Assembly: GCF_006345805.1 (NCBI RefSeq)
Contig: NC_042998.1
Span: 173,972,001-174,036,000 of the forward strand
From: Octopus sinensis
Taxonomy: Eukaryota
Reading direction: 5' to 3'
DNA length: 64,000 nt
Each line of letters begins with the position of its first letter. Position 1 is the stretch's first letter. Under the pieces are notes generated by a model. The model was not told the origin of the DNA, did not search any database, and saw nothing but the letters and a program-made list of their open reading frames with translations. Of this stretch, positions 38,760-52,508 are shown piece by piece. The position numbers and the translations under genes were made by a program.

Positions 38760-38884
38760 TGCTAATAATGATTCTGAAGATCCGGATGATGAAAGTGATG
38801 ACGGCGATTACGATCATAAACATAATGTTTATAATAATAATGATGATGATTAAAGTCAGGTTGATTCTGAATGATTTGATAATG

Positions 38885-38933
<49 letters not shown>

Positions 38934-38938
38934 TGATG

Positions 38939-39005
<67 letters not shown>

Positions 39006-39125
39006 TAATAATAATAATAGATCACTGCTCTCTCTCTCTCAATAATAATAATAATAATAATAATAATTATTATTATTATTATTATTATATTATTATAATG
39101 ATAATGATAATAATAATAATAATAT
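38760..39125. repeat. (TAA/TGA)n tract followed by (TTA)n
   Basis: Read directly. Confidence 0.95.
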
Positions 39126-39129
39126 ATTT

Positions 39130-40260
39130 TAAGAAGGATTGACGTAACTCTTCACAAAGGTACACAGTCAAGAAGAAGAGAGCGATTCGATTGTAAGATA
39201 TTTTATTAGTTGAACGATATTTCAACAGTACATTTGTCTTTGTCAAGTTCAATATAAGAAGTGATAAAAATTCAAAATTACAGAAATTTAAAAGCAAAGA
39301 ATGAACGAGAGTAACGAGCGTCCACACGTTGATGGAATGACATCATCAGTTTTTAAGTTATAATCTTATAACAGGCGAAAAGAAAAAAACAGAAAAAAGA
39401 AGACGACAGAAGAAAAAGAAAAGCAAAAGAGAGAAAGAAGAATATTTGATCAAACAGTTTTGTATAAATTTGATGATATTCTCCTATCATCTTATTCATT
39501 CCTCCAGGGCGTGATGTTAATAACGCGTAAACATATTTCTCCTCATACATTCTGAGAAGCGAAAGTGAAGCAGATTCAGAATATTTTCTGAAAATATGCA
39601 ATTTCAAGTCCTCTTCAAAACTGCAGCCGTTTGAAATGAAATGTTCAACAAGTTCTGTCGAACTACTGTTATTGTGCCTGACATTGAATCTGTGCCTATT
39701 AAACCTTTTTGCTTAATTGTTTTGTTGTGCAACCAACGTAAATTAAGTTGTGTTTCGTGCATTCTGCAGCGTACATCAAATGGGAATCTTTACATGTTCC
39801 ACTTTCTGTATAAATCATAACATTTCTGTTATGATTTCTGATGGAATCCACTTCACTCACGTTGTTGCACAATGAACAGGGCTTACTTCTCTTTCGGCTG
39901 TTCTTTAAAGCACAGCGTGTAGATACTCCAATGTTCGTTTTCTTGGAGTCAGATATAGAGGTCAATAATTCTCTTATATTCTTATTCTGTCTAAAGTCTA
40001 CAATAGGCGGCTGAGTAAATATCTGTTTGAAGCGAGGATATTTTTTGCCACATGCTGGTAACTTTCATGCAACACTTTTGAAATTCCAGTGAAATGTCGG
40101 TGCCAGTTAATCACTAAAGGGATTCTGTCATCTATTGTATTGCGTTTGCTAAAATTAAGCGTATAGGTTTGACTATCTTTGCTAATCTTAGCTATTTCAT
40201 TTTCTATTTCCTTTGAAATCCCCGCTGGCATTTCAAAAGTGTTGCATAAAAGTTACCAGC
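39130..40260 (-). mobile_element. Penelope-like element 3' fragment with GIY-YIG endonuclease and CxxC linker (Neptune/Naiad-like)
   Basis: RIPLVINWHRHFTGISKVLHE, KPCSLCNNV, GTCKDSHLMYAAECTKHNLIYVGCTTKQLS, RFNRHRFNVRH..ELVEHF, YEEKYVYALLTSRPGGMN; 3' UTR runs into a TAA tract. Confidence 0.85.
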
Positions 40261-40844
40261 ATGTGGCGAAAAAATATCCTCGCTTCAAACAAATACTACA
40301 GCCAAAAGGGAGATAATTGAGAAAGACTTGAAAGTTAACGTAAGATCGTAATCATGTAAAGTAAATATAACAAATAATTCAGAATCACTGTCCTATATCA
40401 GATCGATCCCTAAATATAATCAATCAGTTCGTACCAGTCACGAGGCCAAACATCCCTGAAGGTTTCATTCGAACAAACAAACAAACAAACACGACTGAAA
40501 GAACAATAAGTCCGCTTTCGCTAAGGCGGAGATAATAATTAGAGTGGTGATTTGTCAGAATGATTAGCACGCCAGACGAAATGTCGTTAAACGTTAAGAA
40601 GTATAACATGCTTAGCAGTATTTCGTCCATCTTGATGCTGTGAGTTCTAATTCCCTCGAAGCTGACTTTGATTTCATACTTCCGATTCGATAAAATAAGC
40701 ACCTATCGCACCCTAGGCTCGATATAATCGATTATCCTCTTCCTCTAAAGTTTCACGTCTTGTGCATAGAAGAAACAGTTATTATTAGTACACATATAGA
40801 TACATACGCATACACACACACACAAGCACGCACACATAACTTAG

Positions 40845-43135
40845 ATAACTTAGCTAAGTTTAAGACAAATTTTGTGGTATCAGGGTCCATTAGAGTAGGG
40901 AGTTCTTGTTGGGTGAGTTATATCCAGGTATAGGTGGCTGATTTCGTATTCCTTGAAAATATTTGTTCAGATTCCGTGTAAAGGTCATTGAATCCTTTTC
41001 TTCTTTGATCTGTTTCAGGACACTGTTTAAATATGGTAGGGCCTGTTGAGGAAAAAAATTGTGTTGCAGTGAATTTGTGTGTTGTGATCCTGAATTGCAT
41101 AGAGGAAGTATGGCACGTGTCCCAGCCTTGGATGAGTTCTGAAACTATGTTGAGGTCGTTTGGGCAATGGTGGTAGTATATTCTTCACATCGTGCAAATG
41201 ATGTATCGCTCATGGCAGTGCTGGAGAGGACAGTGTATCGATGCTTTAAGGCGATCGCAATAATCGCAATAATCGAGATCATTCTTTTAGTTACTGTCCC
41301 TGGGGTGATTCAATTTTCGAAATATTTATTTTTGTATGGGGAGACCACCGGGGGCAGTAGAGTTCGAGGTGTGGCCGTACAAAGGAGGGGAAAAGGGGAA
41401 TGATGACACCTTGTTCTCTGGACAGAAGATTCTTAGGATCCAGGAGCACACCCTGCGAGCAAATTTTTGATGTGGGCGTTACAGCTCAGACTGTTGTCAA
41501 CAATTGCTCCTAGGACTCTGATATTACTAGATGCTGTTATTGGTTCCCTTGAAGGAAGAAAATATGGCTGTTTTAGCAAAGACTTTCTTCCAAAATGCAT
41601 CAGCTCAAACTTTCCCTCGTTTAGTTTCATTTTGTTTTTGTCTGCCCATTGATTTACAGGATGTAGATCAGACTAGAGTTCAGTTCGGTCTTCTTCTCCA
41701 TTGATACTTTTCTGGAGCTTGGATTCATCAACGAATATTTTCACTTTGCAGTGTTTTAATACGCTGGAAAGGTCGTTTATCTAGACTATAAACAGAAGCG
41801 GGCTCAAGACAGTCCCCTGAGGGATACCACTGGTGACATCTGCTGGGCTTGAGTGGATTGTATCGATTACATGTGATGTTCTGTTCTCCAGGAAATACTC
41901 AATCCAGTGTAGTAGTTTTCCACGGATTCCAACATTTGACAATTTTGACAGTAGGATATTGTGGTCGACTCTGTCCAACACTTTACTGAAGTCAAGGTAT
42001 ATAACATCAGAGTTCGAACCTGATCCCAAGGTTTTAAGGACATCATCGATGTTGTGTAAGAGCTGTGTTAGACAGCCGCTGCCGCAGCGAAAGCCACGCT
42101 GGTTTGGATTTAGAAGATTCTGGTTCTCCAGGAAGACAGCTATACTTGATTTCACCACACTTTCAAACACTTTAATTATATAGGACTTTAATGATATGAT
42201 ACGCATTCTTCAAAGCACTTTAGAGGTGCTTGGGGAGGCTTGTAGAGACCATCAATGGTTATGTCGTTGGCCTTGATGAATAATGATATGGACTCGCAGC
42301 AGCCATTGGAAAATATGTCTTCGGCATCAGTTGCAAAGGAGTCATGGAGAAAAATGGCTGTTACTCCTTTATTTCGGTCTGCGCAATCTGCACGAATGAT
42401 GGTGAGATTTTTTTTTGATTCACCTCGGCATCCATGTGAGTGCTGTTTACGTGAGTTTCAGGAAGGATAAAGAAAAGGATGCAGTATGCCGTTTCGGCAA
42501 ACCAAATCTCTATGTATGGGATCTTCCATTGTTTGAGTGAAAGGGTGATGCCACGTATATTTAGCAAGAATGTCGAAGCAAGGCTAGTTTGTATTGCTCT
42601 AAGTGCTTAGTCTAATGTGTTATGTTGTTCAGAGGAAGCAGTGAGGGTAGTTTTTGTATGGAGGTGTGTTCCTTGTTTTTTACATACACGGCAGTTGATA
42701 GCTCGTTGGATCTCCCGGCTTAGTTCGACCATCATATTTTCTAGATAAGTTAGTAAAAAAGAGTTACCTCTTTGGTTTCCCATTTGGTCATATGATACAT
42801 TGTTCATGTTTATGTTATTTGGTGTTATGATGTTCCCATAGTACTGTCTTCGTTGTTTGGTTTTAGGAGATGAAATGTGGTTGTAGTTTGTTTTTGATGT
42901 TATTGTTTTACTTCTCTGTTGCTGTCTATATTTTATTTTTCGTTTGTTTTCTGTCCTTCAAATAGTGGTAATTGCATTCTAGGTTAGGGCATATCAATAG
43001 TAACACAGAATTTGGGGACAGTTTAGGATGGGAGAATGCGCATCCGTTGCTTTTGTGCATCCATATTTAGGATCAGGACCATAGACTCTGTATTTAGGAC
43101 AATATTTGGGTGAATGTGCAGGCAGTTCTTTTCCA
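40845..43135 (-). mobile_element. CR1/L2-group LINE (APE-RT) with a large internal deletion and ORF1 CCCH-finger remnant
   Basis: RT: NQRGFRCGSGCLTQLL..VIYLDFSKVLDRVDHNILLSKL..SGIPQGTVLSPLLFIV and KLNEGKFELMHFG. APE: GNQRGNSFLL, GLYKPPQAP. ORF1: CLHIHPK.C..GCTK..SHPKLCP. Confidence 0.9.
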
Positions 43136-43191
43136 GTTATACTATATGGACAAGTGTCCTTAACAAGGGTACCTACACATATATATATATA

Positions 43192-44045
43192 CAGGGTGCG
43201 ATGGATAGATTGTCGTCATCATTTTATATCTTTATTTTGCGCATGCGCATTGTTTGATTTTCATTATGTCGACTACACAGTATGGTAGGGTCCATTGGGT
43301 ACAGTCTATAAGAAAAACAGCACCATAACGCAATTCACTGTCCTAAAAGTTTGGAAACGACATTCTACACTGCTTGTCATTCGCTCCAGAAGCTCCCATA
43401 CGAACATTTTGGAGTGTTTGGGGGTCAATCTGAGAAGAGTGCAATCTGGGCACACGTACCGATATCCAGTCAACATCATGGTCTTTGGAGTGATCGCTAG
43501 CGATAGCGACGTTCACTTCCCACACAGCCTCAGACTCAATACGGAGGCCTTCATCAAGTACCCGGAGGAGGTAGTGCTGCTCTGAGTCACGAGGGTGGTT
43601 GCAGGAAGACCCTATGCCTGGCAACAGGAACCTGCACACAAGCAGGAGAACACAGTCATGGCTGTCATAAAAAATTTTGCAACCACATCACCCCTACCAT
43701 CTGGCCACATAACACCCCAGACTGCAACCCCCTTGGGTATTATGTGTGGTGTGCAGTTGATCGAGAAACCAACAAAACTCCTTGTAACACCAAGATAACC
43801 TGAAGGGAAAGATTATAGCAGCATTCAGCAACTTAAACACTGAGATCGTCCAGAAGACTTGCAGGAGATTCCGAAGTCGTCTGGCAGCCGTGGTTGAAGC
43901 CAATGACGATTTTATTGAATAAATTTATTCTCTAGTATTTCAAGATATTTGTATGTAATTTTGGTAAATATATCTGTTAAAATGAGATGTCAGTGTTATT
44001 TTCATTTTTGCGTAATTTAGACGACAGTTCATTCACCGCACCCTG
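43192..44045 (+). mobile_element. maT/DD37D-like Tc1-mariner element, internally deleted
   Basis: TA-CAGGGTGCGATG..TTGTCGTC and GACGACAG..CACCGCACCCTG-TA; peptides NIMVFGVIASD, GRPYAWQQ, PDCNPLGYYVW.AV.RETNKTPCNTK, CRRFRSRLAAVVEAN. Confidence 0.88.
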
Positions 44046-44240
44046 TATATATTAGATAATAAAACGTATGGTATATACCTGGTAGCTTACCGGTAAAGTT
44101 ATACCCTTTAATCTTATGCTTTACTTTACACGAATTGAGAAGATACCTTGCGGAACAGTCGTTATTTTAACCAGTTATATTTGATTATCCGCCGAAGAGA
44201 CACATCTACACTAACGGATGCTTCTGAACGGGTTAAGTAT

Positions 44241-44280
44241 ACCACCCGTGAGAGATAAATGAGCCGAAACAATTGTAGTG
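44241..44280 (+). ncRNA. Decayed minimal HHR motif
   Basis: CAC-[CCGTGAGA]-..ATAAATGAGCC-GAAA(44266-44269)-CAATTG-TA-GTG. The 3' half is canonical with palindrome ACAATTGT; the 5' core is mutated. Confidence 0.5.
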
Positions 44281-44346
44281 ATTAATATTCTCATATCTTC
44301 CATCCCTTTCATTAACAACACACTCATACATACATGCATACACCAT

Positions 44347-44379
<33 letters not shown>

Positions 44380-44381
<2 letters not shown>

Positions 44382-44640
44382 GGGGGGGAGAGATCGCGAA
44401 AGAAAACAAAAGGCGAAAACAGATGGTGTAGAGAACAAACAGATGTATTAGTATAACGCTCAGGAATTGCAAAAGTCTTTTACGTTTCGAGCCTACGCTC
44501 TTCTACAGAAAGGAACACAGAAAGAAACAAATGTGTGTAGTGGCTACCGATCTATCATGGCGACTGCCGGACAAAAGGGTCACACAGGAGAGCGAAGACG
44601 TAGGGGAAATAACAAAGTAAATGTGATCCCCAAAACGAAG
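44380..44640 (-). mobile_element. pLTR-like family Y copy with variant HHR at 44477-44512
   Basis: Minus strand CTTT-CTGTAGA-A-GAGC-GTAG-GCTC-GAAA-CG-TA-AAAG; homologous to 14395-14600. Confidence 0.65.
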
Positions 44641-47600
44641 GTGCGTGTGTGTATGAGAGAGTACGTATGTGCGTGTAATACAATATATATATATATATAT
44701 ATATATTGTATTATATCATATATATATTGTATCATATGCTATACTGCTTTAGTAGAATTTAAGAGATGGAAATATATCTATTACTATGAGAAGTTGCTGT
44801 TAAGGAAGCAAACCCACCTATAACTGCATTATTATATTCCAAATATTTTGATTAGATTGTAGCCTTCTGGATAGGGACCTTGATCGTTGTTTTCAAACTT
44901 TAAATACCTCTGCGGGAGCCCTTGTCCCCCAGCAGTAAATAAGCCTCCAGTTAATCCATGTTTTCCTATTCCTCTATATTATATATACGAGGATGTGCCA
45001 AAGGTTTCCTTAAAATATTTAGTCTCTGTCATATCTATCTGTCTGCCATTATGTATGTATGTATGTATGTATGTATGTATGTATGAGTGCATTGTAAAAG
45101 TGATGCTAATAATTTGGTGTTAGAACTCATACATACGTATGAATAAAGCGTCGGATGAGAATAGACCGTAATATGAAATTAAACAAATGTTGCACATATG
45201 AACTAGGGTATGTATGTATACACACATTATGTATGTATATATATGTGTGTGTGTATGTATGTATGTATGTATGTATATGTATATGTATGCATGCATGTAA
45301 ATGTGTAAATGTTCGTGTGTGTGACAGAGTGCTTCTATGTGTGCGTGTGTGTGTCTGTGCTTGTGTGTGTGTGGTATGGGGTTTCTGAATGTGTTTTTAT
45401 GTAAGAACTTATAAAAGATATCGAAAACGCGCAGTTGTTTTTCTGTTTCAATATATGAAATTATTCTCAAATATAATTCTTACTAGTTTCATTTCTACTG
45501 GACATAATCTAAAACATTCGTGGGTGTTTTAACTGAAAGGTAACAGCCAGCCATTACCCATGAACATTAATATGATTATCAATTCGTAGGAATGAAAATG
45601 GTATGGAAAGCAAAAAAAATAAAAAGCAGTTCGTGAATTGTCCAGGTTATTTTAAACATACACCCACACACACACGCGCGCACACAGAGAAACATACATA
45701 AGTCTTTGTATGTGTATGAGTGTATATTATGTATGTTGTATATGTGTGTTTCTGTGTGTTTCTGTCTGTCTGTGTCTTCGTGTACCAACAAATAAATTTG
45801 CCGAGACTTCTTTCTACAGAATTGATATTAGTAGATTGTAGTTTAGATAAAATAATTGGAAATAATTGCGTCTCTTAACAATCAACCTGACAAACATTTG
45901 AAAATTTCAGAATAGAAACAAATTTCGGTATATTTCTTTACTTTTTCCAAAAGCAGAGTATTGACAGGAGCGTTAGAGCGTCGATTAAATGTGTTTCAAG
46001 AGAGACCATTATTTTCTCTCGGCGTATTTTAATTGAAATCTGCTAACACCAATTTTGTAGGAAGTAGAATCTGTAAATTTATTTTCTTTACATCACTAAC
46101 CATTGAGTACTAAAACATTCGCATGAAACTGGCTGCAACACATAGTCGTTTTTCTGTTAGATGTTCAAACATTCATCATTCGATCGCCAGAAGAATGATT
46201 CGGGAAATTTGGGATTAAAGTAGCATTTGCAATTCAAGTAGAGAAAAAGAGATGAGTGGAGTTTTGTTCTGAAAATAACTTGAGCATTAATGAATGTGAA
46301 GTAGAAAAACATTCGATCGTTGCAATTTTATTTGAATTCCTACAGGTCTTGTAAAACCAGAAGTATAAAAAGGAGAAATAAAATATCGCCGGAGATTAGC
46401 TAAATTTATCAAATCATGTGGCGATACATATAAATAGATTCGGAAAACAAGTCTTCCATTTAAATAAAGGATGGAGCAATTTCTTCCTCATGAAAGCAAT
46501 CTTGCATTATTTATTTAGCCTACTGCTTTCTCTTAAGACTGGAAGAAATGAAAAGCAAATAAATGAGATTGCGATTTTATTTTTGTATCCACCATGAAAA
46601 GTTAAACGCATATTCATCAAATTCTCACTCTTTAATTTATTATTATTACGTGTGTGTTTGTGTGTGTGTATGTGTCTGTTTGTGTGTGTGTGTATGTGTG
46701 TGTGTGTGTGTGTGTTAATATGTGTTTGTGTTTGGATTTACTTTAAGTATCGAAACCCCTTATGTATATATCCCATTGTTGTTCTTAAAATTAGTTTGAA
46801 ATATGAACAACCTAGCACTCACGCACACACATTCTCACACACACGAGCGCACGTGCGCGTACCCTATACAGATACACAGTTGGTTTTTTTCGGTGTGAAA
46901 GAAGGTATAATGCAGAGACAGTAGCTCCACAATCTCTGCTATGCTTGGACTATTTCCTGTGCAAAGCCCCCAAAGTAAGTACACTTACCTCTCCTCTACA
47001 CCACGAAGGAAAGACGTCAAAACGTTCTCAGCACCCAAGCAGTCAAAGGGTGCTAGATATTAGTTACGTATAACCGTACAGAACTGATTTAGGACCCATC
47101 CCTCCGGATTTTCTGCAAGGGTTTACTCTTTTACCCATTTTTTTTTAAATGCTGAATAAATTTCTCCATAGGTCAGCGAGGGTTTATTATTACAGCGGAT
47201 TGATTTATGCAGTCACTCCCGTTCTTTATTCCTTCAGATTTGTATTGGTCTGATGCAACAAGTACCGTGAGCCCTGTAGTTATCAGGATGCAGGACTTGT
47301 ATCGAGTTTTCTTAGATGAGCAACGAAAGATCTGAAGAACTTCAATCCGTCTTGAGTTCTTTGTGATGTCTCTGTGTGAACTTCCGGTAGCAGTTGCGTG
47401 ACATGCTAATTAAGTTATAGCTGATATCCTGACAGGTGTTACTACCCCGAATCGGAATAGACCTGAAGATACTGGTGGCTAAGAGATGGTTCAACACTCT
47501 TGAAAAACCTTGAACTGCCGAAATTTGGCCCTAATACTTGATGCAGTTTCAAGTCATACTCAGAACATTCACAAATATATACATACACACACACACATAC

Positions 47601-48253
47601 ACACATACACACATACATACATTCGCGCGCTCGAGCACGTACAGATACATTGTCAGACAGACAAACAAACAGGATTTGCTTGATTTTTCTCTTAAACGTG
47701 GAGAGCACGGATGTCTTTTCATTCATGATGGAGATCTAAACTTTTTTGCATGATACGATAATACCACTCACACTGACACATACTTTGACCTCATGGGATA
47801 TTTCATTGACTATTTTACCCTTTTGGCAACGGCCACCCATAATATACAACACATTATAAAGACGTTAATAAATATGTTAAAACTCAAGCGATGCCTGTGC
47901 TTATAGATTTAAACGAGGAAAGGTTTTACAAGGTCCAAGCCCACTGTCTCTTCAACGAAAGCATTTGCCACAAAAGCATTAATCTATGTCATTGAATACA
48001 AACGTATTTACAGTATCAATTACATCAGAGGTTTTCGTCTCCTAAAGAGAGATATGTCAATAAAGACTTCAGGGTCATTCACTGCAAGCATTTGGATGAC
48101 CGTTGAGTCTCTTGAGTTCATCCGCCCTTTGACAGGTTTTGTTTTTCATCCTGCAGAGTGTTCAAAACAAATAACATCCTTCTTATCAACTAAGTGGTGG
48201 CATTTTACTTGCCGATGGTCCATTCTACAGGTTATACTGAGGTAGATAGATAA

Positions 48254-48484
48254 GGCGGCGAGCTGGCAGAAACGTTAGCACGCCGGGCGAAATGCGTAAC
48301 CGTATTTCGTATGCCGTTACGTTCTGGGTTCAAATTCCGCCGAGGTCGACTTTGCCTTTCATCCTTTCGGGGTCGATAAATTAAGTACCAGTTGAGCACT
48401 GGGGTTGATGTAATCGACTTAATCCGTTTGTCTGTCCTTGTTTGTCCCCTCTGTGTTTAGCCCCTTGTGGGTAGTAAAGAAATA
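48254..48484 (+). mobile_element. Full-length SINE A monomer with 16-bp target-site duplication
   Basis: TATACTGAGGTAGATA at 48233-48248 and 48485-48500 flanks the element. Confidence 0.95.
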
Positions 48485-49556
48485 TATACTGAGGTAGATA
48501 TTCCCATTAACACTATATGTGACCTGACATGATATACATAAATACAGATATATGCAAACATAGATATATTGGTGCTTGAAAAGTAAATAGGTATCGAAGT
48601 TCTTTAAATTACATATCAGCTAAAGAAGAGTTGGCGGCGTTTAGATTGTAACACAAATGACTAGAGCTATCAGTGCAAAGTTTACAATGTACAGTAAATA
48701 TTAACTCTATGTAAGGTAAAGATTATCGTGAGCAATATAGCTCCTAGGGATTACAGTAGGATTTTTAAAAGGTTAGTAATGATACACAAGCAACACAAAC
48801 ATAAATGTAGAATATATTTGGATGCATATACTAAATATGTTATGATAAAATATCCATGAGCATCTCCCGCAAATTAAGAAAGTGTAAAGAGGGGATTTGA
48901 CCTCTTCGTGTGTTTCCGCTTAAAAACCGAGCCCAGAGTTATTCGCCGTAATCTCTCGATTCTGCACCTCATTTTTACAGTTGAAGAAATTAGGTCATGT
49001 CGGCAGAGAAATAGCTGTCATTTTCTGTAAATGAGAACAAGTTCTCAAGAACAAACCAGGTATTAATCCATTGATATACTTATTTGAACGGTGTCGTATC
49101 TTATGGAATACTGAAATAAGAAAATATCATTATTTCAGACGTGTATTGTCAGCAATTACATTGATGACATGGAGCATTAAGTCGACACTGGCCAACTTTG
49201 AAATATCAAATTTTCTGCAGCGTCACGATACATATGCTAGCTCAGTAAAACAAACCCAGAAAAAAGATAAGATCTGTATGATGGGAATTTGTTCCGCATC
49301 CTTGTTGCTCACAGGGTTTATCACTTTTTACAATCACCATATCTTTTTTTATACGTGGAAGAACATTCAAGATGAAAGACGTTGAACAGAAAACGTTATA
49401 GATTTTTGTTTCCAGGAGAACTCAGAATTTCTCGAACATTACCCTTCCTTTATATAATGATAGGGATTATATTATTGATAAAATAATATCTATTTTACTA
49501 AAATGATTTTTGTTTCTTTCTCAGTTTTTGAAAATGCGTAAAATAAATACATGCAT

Positions 49557-49557
<1 letters not shown>

Positions 49558-49588
<31 letters not shown>

Positions 49589-49895
49589 CATACATACATA
49601 CATACATACATACATACATACATACATGCATGCATACATGCATACATACATACGTGCATGCATACATACATACATACATACATACATACATACATACATA
49701 CATACATACATGCATACATACATACATACATACATGCATACATACATACCCACATACATATATACATACATACATGCATACATACATACATACATACATA
49801 CATACATACATAATACATACATACATACATACATACATACATAATACATACATACATACATGCGTACATACATACCCACATACATATATACATAG
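49558..49895. repeat. (CATA)n tract, about 340 bp
   Basis: Read directly. Confidence 0.97.
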
Positions 49896-50045
49896 CAGGT
49901 TTATGCTTGTAATTATTGTGGGCCTGGGATATGTAACACACTACCTAAGTACCAATCTTGAGGAATTAGGTTTCTCAAAACCAGAAGAGAGAAAGTTAAT
50001 TCGAAGACTACAGATCCAAACCTTCACTGGAACTGTAAAAATCTG
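49896..50045 (+). mobile_element. RLE non-LTR C-terminal fragment
   Basis: RFMLVIIVGLGYVTHYLSTNLEELGFSKPEERKLIRRLQIQTFTGTVKI. Confidence 0.65.
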
Positions 50046-50164
50046 AATATATATGGGCATGTCTAGATATGCATCTATATGCATGACAATACATACATAA
50101 AACAAAAAAAAAATCTGCAAATATACATACATACATACATCCATCCATACATACATACGAACAT

Positions 50165-50430
50165 ACATAATACACTTTCAGGTTTATACCTGTTATTATT
50201 GGAGCAACAGGATACATACCAATCCGTCTGAAGCCAAGTGTGGCTAAACTTGGGATCTTGGGAGAATACAAATCTTTGATTCATATGCGACAAATGTTCA
50301 CAAAATATGGAGCTATAATAATCTGCAAGACCTTAAGATTTAAAGAATAATGGTTAAAACAAGATACTTTCCTTCACAACATTGCTACCGCGTATGTGGC
50401 CGGTCAAAATTTACTCCAAAATTAAAAAGG
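50165..50430 (+). mobile_element. Second RLE non-LTR 3' end with 3' UTR
   Basis: FRFIPVIIGATGYIPIRLKPSVAKLGILGE..GAIIICKTL; preceded and followed by CATA repeats. Confidence 0.6.
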
Positions 50431-50713
50431 GAAAGGGAAGAACATACATACTTGCATACATAATACATAAATGTATGCATACACAGACGGACAAACAGAC
50501 AGATAGATAAATAAATACTGTATATATATATATATAAATATATATATATATGCGTATACGATCAATTCTTTATTTTGTATATTTTCATCCCTTCTTATAC
50601 GCATGTAATATAATTTTTCTGAATTTTCAGATTTTTCTATATTCTAGGCTACTGGTTTTAAATTGATGTTAATTAAATTAATATTCAATTTATCACCTTC
50701 ATTATTTAAATTT

Positions 50714-50778
<65 letters not shown>

Positions 50779-51835
50779 TGTGTGTGTGTGTGTGTTCGTG
50801 TGTGTGTGTGTGTATGTATGCACGTATGTATATATTTATGTATGTATGTATGTATGTATAGTACTATCCATACATTTAATGTAAGTGTAAGCATGTGTTC
50901 GTGCGTGTGTGTAGAAATAGATTATCTTGACTGGACATCGTATATTTCTAAAACATGCCACGTAGTGAAAGGCTCACGGCTATTTAAATATTTCCAATAT
51001 AATTTAGAAACAACTATATTGTTTTCCTTCACAGAAGAATGCTTATTCAGTCTTGTCCTCTGCAAGTCATTGATTATAATACAAACCTCGATTCAAAACG
51101 TTTCTTTACAACTTTCACGGTTATTCTAAAATTAGATAGCAGGTCTTTTCGTAAACCTGACTGCAGCAAAATATTTAGCATTACAAATAGTCTGAAATAA
51201 CGGGCATTCATGCCAACAACCAACAATGCTTGCCAATTTTGCCAATTTCTAGCGACACGTTTTGAATTAGTTTAAATACATATGAGCCGTATCGATATTT
51301 TGTTAGTAAAAATATTGGTAGTGTTTTCTGTAGATATTCGAGTAATATAAGGAGATAAAAGTGCTTTCGCACATAGTAATCATATTGTGTGTGAACATAG
51401 TATTTCAAATAAAATTTGACGAGATCTGCAAGTCCCTAAAGTGAATGATCGGTCACTTTGAATAAACGTTAAGTTCTGAACGAATTGTCGGTCCAATGTG
51501 TAGTTTCGAATTATTTCACTTTCAACAGCAGCTGACTTCTTTCAGATACACGCTTAAGAAAAGTTTTCAATTAACAAGATATATAAGATTTGTGTCTCTA
51601 TCTAAAATTCTAACCGAAAGTTATAAGCTATTTACTTCATGTTAAATTCAAAGAGAAACACATTTGAAAGCAAGTTATTAAATATTTTATGTATTTAAAG
51701 AAGATGGAAATAGAATTTACGTTCTTCCACAAAATTATCCAATTTCTGCATTCTAAGTAAAGCTCAAAATCTAATATGGCAATACAGAATAAATTTATTT
51801 AACCCCAACGTCTGTCTGTATCACTTTTACCTTAC

Positions 51836-51889
51836 CTAATATTTGTTCAATGATAGTGACATCTGCCATTGCTCTCATCCTCATTGCCT
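51836..51889 (-). CDS. Candidate symmetric phase-1 exon, (E)AMRMRAMADVTIIEQIL
   Basis: Acceptor ttaagtttatttcag, 54 nt, consensus donor TAG|gtaagg; only one frame is open. Confidence 0.6.
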
Positions 51890-52508
51890 CTGAAATAAAC
51901 TTAAATCGGACAAAATCCAATTTCACTACACATCGTGGCTAATAAAATAAATCAATATATTATTAGCTATTTATTTTCGCTAATATATCGATCCAGTTAG
52001 CTTAAATATATATTTTCCATCCAATAAAACCTTCTAGAGTATATATAAAAAAAGAACATTCAAAAGCCTACCAACCACGTGATTGCGTTGCAACTACCAG
52101 GATGATACCAATATTTCAGTTCTAAGAAACTTTCTAGCGTTTTCCTTTAAATCCACCTACTGCATCTTGTCATCCTCTCCTTGTAATCGTGCTTCACTGC
52201 TCTAAATATATGACTTTAATCCTTTCAAACCAGAACTGCAACCCCACTGAAATTAATTCCCAGCTCATGTTTTTTCTTACACATAGATAGGTACAGAAGC
52301 TGAAAGTGAAAATAAATTTCACTCATCTCTAGCGCTCTAACCTTTCTACTTGTATAAATACCGATGATAAAATATCCCACTATTTACAACTAACATTTTC
52401 TTTTCGTATACATTCTTAGACTTACACCTATCGCTACGCATTTAATATAAACATCAACTTTTGTATATTTGGATAAATATATGATAGAAAATCTATCGGC
52501 CAGTTTAA

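Noticed and set aside
48020-48165. Minus-strand exon (acceptor at about 48163; STVIQMLAVNDPEVFIDISLF frame)
   Set aside because: The most protein-like frame has a stop right after the acceptor and donors in the other frame are weak; left uncalled.
49071-49385. 104-aa plus-strand ORF
   Set aside because: No recognisable domain, opposite strand to the better exon candidates, and weak splice signals.
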